DNA from: a virus
Reading direction: 5' to 3' (one strand)
DNA length: 64,000 bases
Virus record (IMG/VR): IMGVR_UViG_3300036832_000330
Coordinates: 1 to 64,000 of that record
Shown here: positions 1 to 6,537 of the stretch, in pieces
Layout of the letters: each line of letters begins with the position of its first letter
Numbering within the stretch: position 1 is the stretch's first letter
The notes under the pieces: model-generated
What the model saw: only the letters and a program-made list of their open reading frames with translations
The model's database searches: none
What the model was told of the DNA's origin: nothing
Program-made: the position numbers and the translations under genes

Positions 1-454
1 CCTCTGCGAAGTTGGGGTCATCGAAGTCCACGCCCCACCGCTTCAGCACCTCCTTGGGGATCATGTCCTTGCGGGCGTTGCCGTTGCCGGCCACGAACTT
101 CTTGAGTTGCTGGGGAGCCACCAGCGTGGGATAGGCCCGCCGGTCCTGGGGGTCGAACTGGGCCAGGACGGCCAGCTTGATCGCCGCCCCTACCTCCCCG
201 GAGGCGTGCTGGCCGTACTTCTCGGCCATGCTGTAGCTCTCCATGGCGATCATGCAGATGCAGCCCTGGAGGTCGTCGCGGGCCAGCATGAGGAACTGCT
301 GGCCGATGTCATGCATGAGCTTGTTCAGCCGTAGTACCCCCTTGGGCATGGTGCCCTTCGGCTTCCACACGGCCACCAGGCCCCTGGTGGGAGACCACAC
401 CACCATGGCGCAGTTCTTGGAGCCGGGGTCGATCCCGATGTAGAGGTCAGTCAC
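1..454 (-). CDS. ruvC: RuvC-like Holliday junction resolvase (runs off the left edge of the window)
   Basis: Not in the ORF track; translated by hand from GTG at 454 (GTGA overlap): MTDLYIGIDPGSKN...IAMESYS...APQQLKKFVAGNGNARKDM...FDDPNFAE. The GIDPG, E and LKK..GNGNAxK motifs are RuvC hallmarks. Confidence 0.85.
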   Translation of the reverse strand, partial: MTDLYIGIDPGSKNCAMVVWSPTRGLVAVWKPKGTMPKGVLRLNKLMHDIGQQFLMLARDDLQGCICMIAMESYSMAEKYGQHASGEVGAAIKLAVLAQFDPQDRRAYPTLVAPQQLKKFVAGNGNARKDMIPKEVLKRWGVDFDDPNFAE

Positions 455-672
455 CGGACGTACCCACTGCAAGCATCGTGGCACTCTTTCCGCTGGTAGC
501 CGTCGTGGTCGATGATCGGGCGCTCGCAGACCGGGCAGAGGACACCACCTCGCACGGTCACCGACTCCTCGACGTGCTTCTCGATGTCCCGGAACAGGTA
601 CTGACAGGTGTCGCACATGGTCAGGAGGGTGACGGTGCCGTCGTCCTCCATCAACAGGTAGTTAGTCGGCAT
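451..672 (-). CDS. Small Cys-rich (CxxC x2) hypothetical protein
   Basis: ORF track 73 aa with CDTC and CPVC; tightly packed with neighbours. Confidence 0.6.
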   Translation of the reverse strand: MPTNYLLMEDDGTVTLLTMCDTCQYLFRDIEKHVEESVTVRGGVLCPVCERPIIDHDGYQRKECHDACSGYVR

Positions 673-823
673 ACAGCCTCACCGCCGGCATACAGGGGTC
701 TTGCCCGTCCTCCCACATGGCGTCCTCCTCGTCGGTGGAGGGCAGGCCGTCATGGGTGTTACAGACCGGCTCGGAGCAGTACCCCAGCTTGACACCGGTC
801 TCGATCCACTCCTGGAAGGTCAC
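662..823 (-). CDS. Small hypothetical protein
   Basis: TFQEWIETGVKLGYCSEPVCNTHDGLP...; GTG start overlapping the upstream stop. Confidence 0.6.
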   Translation of the reverse strand: MTFQEWIETGVKLGYCSEPVCNTHDGLPSTDEEDAMWEDGQDPCMPAVRLYAD

Positions 824-1011
824 ACTGAGGCCAGGCCCTGCTCCTGCTTCCATCTCTCCATCTTCCTTGCTCCATGAAGCTGCTCAGCATGGCGTTGGGC
901 GATCATCTCGATACGCTCGGGATCCACCTCAGACCCATGCCTAGCGAGTCGACTCGTCACGCCGGCACGAGCGGTTTCCAGAGCATCACTGAACTCCTGA
1001 CTGCGACTCAT
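820..1011 (-). CDS. Hypothetical protein
   Basis: MSRSQEFSDALE...; C-terminal part of ORF 820..1125 that fits the gene packing. Confidence 0.5.
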   Translation of the reverse strand: MSRSQEFSDALETARAGVTSRLARHGSEVDPERIEMIAQRHAEQLHGARKMERWKQEQGLASV

Positions 1012-1222
1012 GTTGGACCCCCAACCTCTGAATCTCCCTGGCAACATACCACTGCGCTTTTTTGAGATCCTCGATGGGATCAATGCCCTCCTTGAGGCCC
1101 GCCCTCCAGAGGTACTTGATCGCATTCCCCACGTTGAAGTTGTAATGCTCTGCTATCCGAATGCACTCCACCCCGGAGGGATGGCTGCTGTAGTGAGGAG
1201 GATGGTTGACGAGGTCAGGCAT
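986..1222 (-). CDS. DUF3310-family protein (SaV / T7 gp1.7-like)
   Basis: VNHPPHY...ECIRI...FNVGNAIKYLWRAGLK...EDLKKAQWY signature. Confidence 0.9.
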   Translation of the reverse strand: MPDLVNHPPHYSSHPSGVECIRIAEHYNFNVGNAIKYLWRAGLKEGIDPIEDLKKAQWYVAREIQRLGVQHESQSGVQ

Positions 1223-1349
1223 CCTCACGCACCACCCACCATGCCAGTCGGCACTTCGGGCAACTTGGTTCCTGACGAGCGCCCATGACGACGATGTCGT
1301 ACGTGTGCTTGAACCTGACCTGGCAGGACTGACAACGGAAGACCATCAT
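1215..1349 (-). CDS. Small zinc-ribbon protein (FmdB-like)
   Basis: MMVFRCQSCQVRF...CPKC; ATGA overlap. Confidence 0.55.
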   Translation of the reverse strand: MMVFRCQSCQVRFKHTYDIVVMGARQEPSCPKCRLAWWVVREDA

Positions 1350-1453
1350 GGCGCTCCTCGACGGTGTGTGAGCCATTCCTGCCAGCACTCGTCGCACACA
1401 CCCAGGTCGTTGGCGGCGGCTGGTCGTTTCTCGCAGTGCCAGCAGAGCTTCAT
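1346..1453 (-). CDS. 35-aa Cys4 zinc-finger peptide
   Basis: Hand translation MKLCWHCEKRPAAANDLGVCDECWQEWLTHRRGAP; ATGA overlaps at both ends. Confidence 0.55.
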   Translation of the reverse strand: MKLCWHCEKRPAAANDLGVCDECWQEWLTHRRGAP

Positions 1454-2016
1454 GGCGCACCTCGATCTGCTCGTCGGTACCCAGGATTTTTTACATCAGT
1501 CCTCCTGGTGAGTTCCCGGCTGACCACGGCGGCGTCCCGCTCGGAGGACTCAAACAGCATCTGCTTCAGCTTGCGCCTGGCGTAGTACAGCTTGAGCGCA
1601 TCTCGGGCCGCACGTATTTCGGGATCGGCTTCCATCGCCGCCCGCACCCAGGTGACCGGTTCTGACGCCTTTTCAGGACGGTTGCGTGTGAGGTACAGCC
1701 CTTCCAGCTTTCGGACTTCCATCTCTGCATGGTGTTCGTAGATCTCCTCGATGGCTAGCTGGCTCTGAAAATAATCGGTCCACCGGGTGAAGCGGACGAA
1801 CAGATCCATCAACTGTTTGTCGGTGATGTCATCGATGTCGGTCTGGAGGGTGGGTGGCGTGCTGTCGGGAGCGGTTGGCTCATCGATCCCCAGATCGGTG
1901 TAGACGCCGCGGCTGTGGCCGTTGACCATTTGCTTCAGGGTCTCGCGCAGGTCTAGCGGGGGCCGGCGCTTGATCCGGCGCGGCACGTCGGACGAGGACT
2001 CTTCCGTTACGGTCAT
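1450..2016 (-). CDS. Coiled-coil hypothetical protein (possible recombination mediator)
   Basis: AGGAG RBS before ATG 2016; helical/coiled-coil composition; lies next to the Cas4-like exonuclease and RecA. Function is inferred from context only. Confidence 0.65.
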   Translation of the reverse strand: MTVTEESSSDVPRRIKRRPPLDLRETLKQMVNGHSRGVYTDLGIDEPTAPDSTPPTLQTDIDDITDKQLMDLFVRFTRWTDYFQSQLAIEEIYEHHAEMEVRKLEGLYLTRNRPEKASEPVTWVRAAMEADPEIRAARDALKLYYARRKLKQMLFESSERDAAVVSRELTRRTDVKNPGYRRADRGAP

Positions 2017-2881
2017 GCTTCTCCTCATAGCGGTGACAGTCGGCGCACCCATCGAAGGGGCAGGGTGGGATAGGCCCGCCCTGGAGCGCCATGGTGATTC
2101 GACTACATAGGTCTAGCCGATCTTGGATGCGCTCTTCCCGGTACCGGACGATCATCTCCTTGACCTTCTGGTTCCACTTGGATTCATACAGGAAGAGGAC
2201 TTCGCGATATTTCCGGCTCATGTAGCAGTAAAAATCACCCTGCCTGACGTGGGAGGGGAAGGGCATGCGGATGGAGTCCCACAGCCCGTCGTAGTCCAGG
2301 AACGACCTGGATTTTCCGTTGAGTTGGAACTGGTAGGTATGGGCCTTGATCAGGCCGGGGTTCTCAAAGCGGACAGTGCCCAGGCCGATGGACTTGATCT
2401 CGATGATGGGGCCGTCCCAGCCGTCCAGACCGTCTGCGTGACCCGCCATGTTCAGGTTCTGATTGAGCAGTGGCACCTCGTGGTAACGCAGGAACTGCCG
2501 GCCCTGGTGGCACTTCTCGCACTCCTGGGGAGCCAGGGCCGAGAAGGCGTAGTGACAGGCCGCGCAATAAAATGTACCGGCCAGTCGGCCCAGATCCCAG
2601 ATCCTTTTTTGCCACTTGTGATGGATCTCCTTGCCCTCATCGAAGACCATCTGGAGTTGCCAGTAGCTACCCGCTGGCGCTGAGAGAGCCTCCCGCCCTG
2701 ACAGCCGGTAGTAGCTCGCCCTGGGGCACCAGTCGCTGTGGCTGATCTCCGATGGGTGCAGAGCGTCGACTCTCGGCCCGTTCTCGCTTCCAGGCTGCAA
2801 TAAGAGTCTTTGAACATCCCCAAGGAGTCGGGTGGTCCGCTTCGTCGTTTCTAACAACGCTCGCAAATCTTTGTCGATCAC
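1880..2881 (-). CDS. Cas4-like PD-(D/E)xK exonuclease
   Basis: LHPSEI..WCPR, GKEIHHKWQ, GHADG...IIEIKS, H..Q..FY and C-terminal CxxxxCxxC; GTG start at 2881. Confidence 0.85.
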   Translation of the reverse strand: MIDKDLRALLETTKRTTRLLGDVQRLLLQPGSENGPRVDALHPSEISHSDWCPRASYYRLSGREALSAPAGSYWQLQMVFDEGKEIHHKWQKRIWDLGRLAGTFYCAACHYAFSALAPQECEKCHQGRQFLRYHEVPLLNQNLNMAGHADGLDGWDGPIIEIKSIGLGTVRFENPGLIKAHTYQFQLNGKSRSFLDYDGLWDSIRMPFPSHVRQGDFYCYMSRKYREVLFLYESKWNQKVKEMIVRYREERIQDRLDLCSRITMALQGGPIPPCPFDGCADCHRYEEKHDRNGRVLVRRAAPDQAPAPARPARDPEANGQRPQPRRLHRSGDR

Positions 2882-3218
2882 TGGCCGACGCGGTGATGAC
2901 CCACCCGGCCTGGATAGCCGCGTCACGATGCCTCTGGCGCTTGATCCGACGCCGCTCCCTTTCGCTGGTTCCGCCCCACACGCCCCACCGCTCGCCGTTC
3001 TCGATCGCGTAGTCCAGACAAGCCTCCAGCACGGGGCAACGGCCTGGGTGGTCCGGGTGGGTTCCCAGGCACACGCTTCGGGCCTCCTGCACCTGGGTGT
3101 TGTTGTGCTGGCGGTCGCTGTAGAACAGGTTTCCTGGCAGTCCTTTGCACTTTGCGGAGTCGAGCCACTGGGGATGGATCCGCTCGTAGATGGCCGGCAG
3201 TACCTGCTGGCGGTCCAC
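2667..3218 (-). CDS. whiB: WhiB-family transcription factor
   Basis: WLDSAKC...LFY...ARSVC...CPVLEACLDYA...WGVWGGTSERERR; start codon uncertain. Confidence 0.85.
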   Translation of the reverse strand: MDRQQVLPAIYERIHPQWLDSAKCKGLPGNLFYSDRQHNNTQVQEARSVCLGTHPDHPGRCPVLEACLDYAIENGERWGVWGGTSERERRRIKRQRHRDAAIQAGWVITASASDRQRFASVVRNDEADHPTPWGCSKTLIAAWKRERAESRRSAPIGDQPQRLVPQGELLPAVRAGGSLSASG

Positions 3219-3519
3219 GTAGAACCAGTTCGTGATAACTGGGTTCTGGGAGTACGACCCACTCCCTTCCACCAAGCTCAAAGACGAGAACAGGGCGGCG
3301 AGACTCTGCCATGGCGTGACGGTAGAGACTGATGAGGTCGTCGTAGAGGAGGGTGATGGAGCGACGGTTATCGGTGCGCTTGAACTCGACAAGCTCGGTG
3401 CGGCTACGACCGTCGTTCTTACGGTCCCAACGCGCACCAGAACGCGGGTTCGTGACACCTCCAAACCGCTCCATTCCCTTCTTCTCTTGCCGCCTCCACA
3501 GGCGGGTTCGCGTCCTCAT
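2923..3519 (-). CDS. Hjc-like PD-(D/E)xK Holliday junction resolvase / endonuclease
   Basis: QEK..GG..NPRSGA.W.RKNDG....LVEFKRT..SITL...PVLVFEL; ATGA coupling to recA; long tail overlapping whiB. Confidence 0.7.
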   Translation of the reverse strand: MRTRTRLWRRQEKKGMERFGGVTNPRSGARWDRKNDGRSRTELVEFKRTDNRRSITLLYDDLISLYRHAMAESRRPVLVFELGGREWVVLPEPSYHELVLRGPPAGTAGHLRADPSPVARLRKVQRTARKPVLQRPPAQQHPGAGGPKRVPGNPPGPPRPLPRAGGLSGLRDRERRAVGRVGRNQRKGAASDQAPEAS

Positions 3520-4610
3520 TTCTTGGCTCTGACGAGCCGCCGACTGGAGGGGCGGGGACCAGGCTCCTCGCGGCGAATGCCCTTCACTACGTGGTTCTGG
3601 ATAGCCTCCTGCAACTTCTGCTGCAATGTCAAGTCCCATCTGGCCTGTTCCTCCAGGGCGGCGCGGCCATGCCAGGACTCGGTGTCCAGGTGGTAGTAGC
3701 TGCCCTTGATCGAGAACACCTCGTAAAGAACGCCCAGCGTGACCAACTCCTTGCCCAGGTCATACGATCCGGGTGAGATGCCGGCGCTGTTGTGGTCGAA
3801 GTAGAAGTCGAACACGGCCACCCGCTCGGGCGGGAAGCTCTTGTTCTTCTTGGTCAGGGCCTTGACGGTGATGCCCACCTTGCGCTGGTTCTTGCGGTCT
3901 CCCTCTGTCAGCCAGTCGTCGCGCTTCAACTCCAGCCGGCTGGTGAACCAGTAGTTCTTGGCTCGGCCCCCTGGGGTGGTGCGGGGATCACCGAACAGGA
4001 CGCCGATCTTCTCCCGCCACTGGTTGACGACGAAGCAGGTCACGGCCCGGTCGTCCTCCACCAGGGATCGCTTCATGGCGGTGTAGCTCTTCCTGAAGAA
4101 CTTGCCGATCAGGCGCGCCGCCAGGCCCACCTGGGTGTCGTCCATGGTGCCCTCGCCCTCACTTATCGGTGATAGGGCGGGCATGGAGTCGATGACCAGA
4201 ACATCGGCGGTTCTACTCTCCAGAACCATGATGGCGGCGTTGCACGCCTCCTCCAGGATGTTGGTCTGCATGACCAGGATCTTGTCGGTGTCGCAGCCCA
4301 GGTCACGCGCCCAGCCCGGTACGAACTCCTCAGCCGCCACCCAGAAGGTGACGTGGTCAGGGTTGAGGGCCTGCTGGACGGCGATGGTCTTCAGGATGAT
4401 GGTGGTCTTGCCTGAACTCTCGTCGCCGTATAGCTCGTGGAAGGCGTTGGTCTGCCAGCCGCCCCCCAGGGCCATGTCCAGGCTGTAGCTCCCGGTGGAG
4501 ATACGAGGCAGGTCGGAGTAGCGGATCTGGCTGCCCCAGACCACGGTCTCGGGACCGTACTCCTTGTTGATCTCGGCCATCACCGTGGTGATGGTGTCGG
4601 TCTTGGTCAT
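3516..4610 (-). CDS. recA: RecA/UvsX-like recombinase
   Basis: ISTGSYSLDMALGGG, Walker A GDESSGKTT, VIDS, NQWREKIGVLFGDPRTTPGG. Confidence 0.97.
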   Translation of the reverse strand: MTKTDTITTVMAEINKEYGPETVVWGSQIRYSDLPRISTGSYSLDMALGGGWQTNAFHELYGDESSGKTTIILKTIAVQQALNPDHVTFWVAAEEFVPGWARDLGCDTDKILVMQTNILEEACNAAIMVLESRTADVLVIDSMPALSPISEGEGTMDDTQVGLAARLIGKFFRKSYTAMKRSLVEDDRAVTCFVVNQWREKIGVLFGDPRTTPGGRAKNYWFTSRLELKRDDWLTEGDRKNQRKVGITVKALTKKNKSFPPERVAVFDFYFDHNSAGISPGSYDLGKELVTLGVLYEVFSIKGSYYHLDTESWHGRAALEEQARWDLTLQQKLQEAIQNHVVKGIRREEPGPRPSSRRLVRAKK

Positions 4611-4927
4611 CGTGGGCGATCCCTCCTGCCCTCTCTGCGCCGATCATGGAACAGGTCTTCCCAGGCACTCATCTCGTGCTCGCCGGCCTGGGGACTCCAA
4701 CGCATGGCGTCGGGGCCAAGCTCGGTGTCGACCGGATCATGTGGCTCCAGGCGACGCTCGGTCCAGGACCGGACTGCGTTTGAAGGCTCGTAGTGGGGTT
4801 CCTGCGCCTGAGTGCCTCGCTGCGCGGCCCAGGCCGCAGCCTGTTGGCGCGCTGCCCGTTCACCGTGAATCCGGTGGATAGGCACGCCCCGGCGCTGAGC
4901 TTCCTCCTGTAGACCTTCGCGGGCCAC
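4607..4927 (-). CDS. Hypothetical protein with C-terminal DLFHDRRREGRR motif
   Basis: ORF fills the gap and has an ATGA overlap with recA. Confidence 0.6.
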   Translation of the reverse strand: MAREGLQEEAQRRGVPIHRIHGERAARQQAAAWAAQRGTQAQEPHYEPSNAVRSWTERRLEPHDPVDTELGPDAMRWSPQAGEHEMSAWEDLFHDRRREGRRDRPR

Positions 4928-4929
4928 AA

Positions 4930-5055
4930 CTACTTCTTCTTGGCTGCGGTCTTCTTGGCCGGGGCCTTCTTAACCTCTTCCTTCTTCTCCTCGCCCTTCT
5001 TACCGAACGGCGCGGCCCGCTTGCCGCCGAATGGCTCCTTCTTAGTGGTTGCCAT
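4930..5055 (-). CDS. 41-aa Lys/Ala-rich histone-H1-tail-like protein
   Basis: Hand translation MATTKKEPFGGKRAAPFGKKGEEKKEEVKKAPAKKTAAKKK; GAGG RBS. Confidence 0.75.
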   Translation of the reverse strand: MATTKKEPFGGKRAAPFGKKGEEKKEEVKKAPAKKTAAKKK

Positions 5056-5446
5056 TGTGATTCCTCTCTTGGTGTTGTTCGTAGAAGGCGGTCAGTAGTT
5101 GTGTCGAGTGATGGAGCAGGCTGTTCGGCTCGATGGCTTCATACGAGGTACTGGGGTCTGTGTTCCTGACCCGATGGTTGAACTCGACGGTCAGGTCGTC
5201 GTAGTCACCGTCCTCCACCTTCCGTATGCCTTTCTTGGTGATCCAGTACACCTGGCCTGCCTTTCCCTTGGACATGAGCCGCTGATGCGGTCTCTTGGTC
5301 ACGGTGTTGAAGCGGACCTCAAGGAGACCCTTTCTTCGTAACTCGGGGATTCGCCTGTGAGCTTCCTCTCTATCAAGGCCAGATTTAACTGCGGCTTCCT
5401 CGTGGGTCATGCCTGGATCCCATGGCCTTGCGAGATACCGCCGCAT
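5042..5446 (-). CDS. Winged-helix DNA-binding protein
   Basis: GMTHEEAAVKSGL..EAHRRIPELRRKGLL...GQVYWIT; TGATG coupling. Confidence 0.7.
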   Translation of the reverse strand: MRRYLARPWDPGMTHEEAAVKSGLDREEAHRRIPELRRKGLLEVRFNTVTKRPHQRLMSKGKAGQVYWITKKGIRKVEDGDYDDLTVEFNHRVRNTDPSTSYEAIEPNSLLHHSTQLLTAFYEQHQERNHNGNH

Positions 5447-5595
5447 CACTTCCTCCGGTTTTTGAACTCTCTCATGTTGTGTGTGTCCTTGTCCTTGGGC
5501 TTGCCCTTGGCGATGGTGGACTCGGCCTTCTTCTTGGTTGCCTCGTTGCTCTTCTTGGCCGCGGCGGCTCTGGCATCGCCCTGTCGCCCAGGCAT
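5446..5595 (-). CDS. 49-aa basic hypothetical protein
   Basis: Hand translation MPGRQGDARAAAAKKSNEATKKKAESTIAKGKPKDKD...; TGATG overlaps at both ends. Confidence 0.65.
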   Translation of the reverse strand: MPGRQGDARAAAAKKSNEATKKKAESTIAKGKPKDKDTHNMREFKNRRK

Positions 5596-5846
5596 CACTT
5601 CCCTCGGTTTTCGGGCTTGTTGTAGCGGCTCCTGGTGGGCTTGGCTTCGCCGGTCTTGGGCATGGGCTTGCGCCCAGACTCACGGGTCTCAGCCGCCTTC
5701 TCGCCCATGGCGTGACGCCTGGCCTTGCCCTGGGCCTGGGCGTTGGAGATGGCAGCCGCTTTGCTCTTGGAAAAACCCTTCTCCTTCAGGGCCTCGTATG
5801 AGTCGGCTTTTTTGATGGATGGTCCGGGTTCTTTTCCTCCTGGCAT
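5595..5846 (-). CDS. Small basic protein (GPSIK..YEAL...SK.KAA.I.N family)
   Basis: PGPSIKKADSYEALKEKGFSKSKAAAISNA resembles small actinobacterial DNA-binding proteins; AGGAGG RBS. Confidence 0.75.
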   Translation of the reverse strand: MPGGKEPGPSIKKADSYEALKEKGFSKSKAAAISNAQAQGKARRHAMGEKAAETRESGRKPMPKTGEAKPTRSRYNKPENRGK

Positions 5847-5854
5847 GGTTCCTC

Positions 5855-6361
5855 CTATCTGACGTTGCTCCAACTGAAGTCGGTGCCACTGAGGCTGGCA
5901 TCTACACCGAACTGACTGGCCCCTGACGAGTTGTCGCTGCGGGCGAACTGGACCGGCCCGGATGACTTCATGCCGATGGAGTTGAGCAGGGTGCCTGACT
6001 GCTCAAACAGGTCACCGTTGTACCCGCAATCAACGCAGAGAGGAGCCGCCTCAAACTGGCCTGACTTGCGCCGGAAGAAGCTGGACCCATTGCAGCGGGG
6101 GCACCGTCCCGACGTGCCCAGGCTGTTGGGGGCCTTCTCCACGTATCCCTGGCGGTTGACCCGGTGCCAATTATCGTCGGTGTCGCTCCCCGGCTGGTCC
6201 CACTCCGTCACCTCCTGGCGGGGGCCAGTCGGGGGGTACTGGGGTTGCCACCGGACGGCCTTCTGGGGGTAGCCCGTGGTCTGGCTGGGAGGGGGCGGGG
6301 GCGCAGCCGGCCTCCGGGCGACGCCCCCCAGTGCCCGCTCCCACCACCCAACGTCGCTCAT
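5855..6361 (-). CDS. Hypothetical protein with Zn ribbon
   Basis: WW..ALG N-terminus, CPRC...CVDCGY. Confidence 0.75.
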   Translation of the reverse strand: MSDVGWWERALGGVARRPAAPPPPPSQTTGYPQKAVRWQPQYPPTGPRQEVTEWDQPGSDTDDNWHRVNRQGYVEKAPNSLGTSGRCPRCNGSSFFRRKSGQFEAAPLCVDCGYNGDLFEQSGTLLNSIGMKSSGPVQFARSDNSSGASQFGVDASLSGTDFSWSNVR

Positions 6362-6537
6362 TGCCTCATCTCACTTAGCTCGTCCAGTTCCTCGCGCCGA
6401 TCATGGAAGAGGTCCGGGGCGATCTTGTGGGCGCTGAAGCGGTAGCACTTGCACTCCAGGCGTCCGACCATGCCGGAACAGCCACGGGTGTTGTGCTGCT
6501 CCATGGGATGACCGCATTTGGTGCAGGTCTGGCTCAT
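6358..6537 (-). CDS. Small Cys/His protein with DLFHDRREE motif
   Basis: MSQTCTKCGHPMEQH..C...CKC..APDLFHDRREE; ATGA coupling to the polymerase gene. Confidence 0.65.
   Translation of the reverse strand: MSQTCTKCGHPMEQHNTRGCSGMVGRLECKCYRFSAHKIAPDLFHDRREELDELSEMRQ

Noticed and set aside
1880-2881. CRISPR-Cas system suggested by the Cas4-like gene
   Set aside because: No repeat-spacer array or other cas genes; solo Cas4-like exonucleases are common in phage recombination modules.
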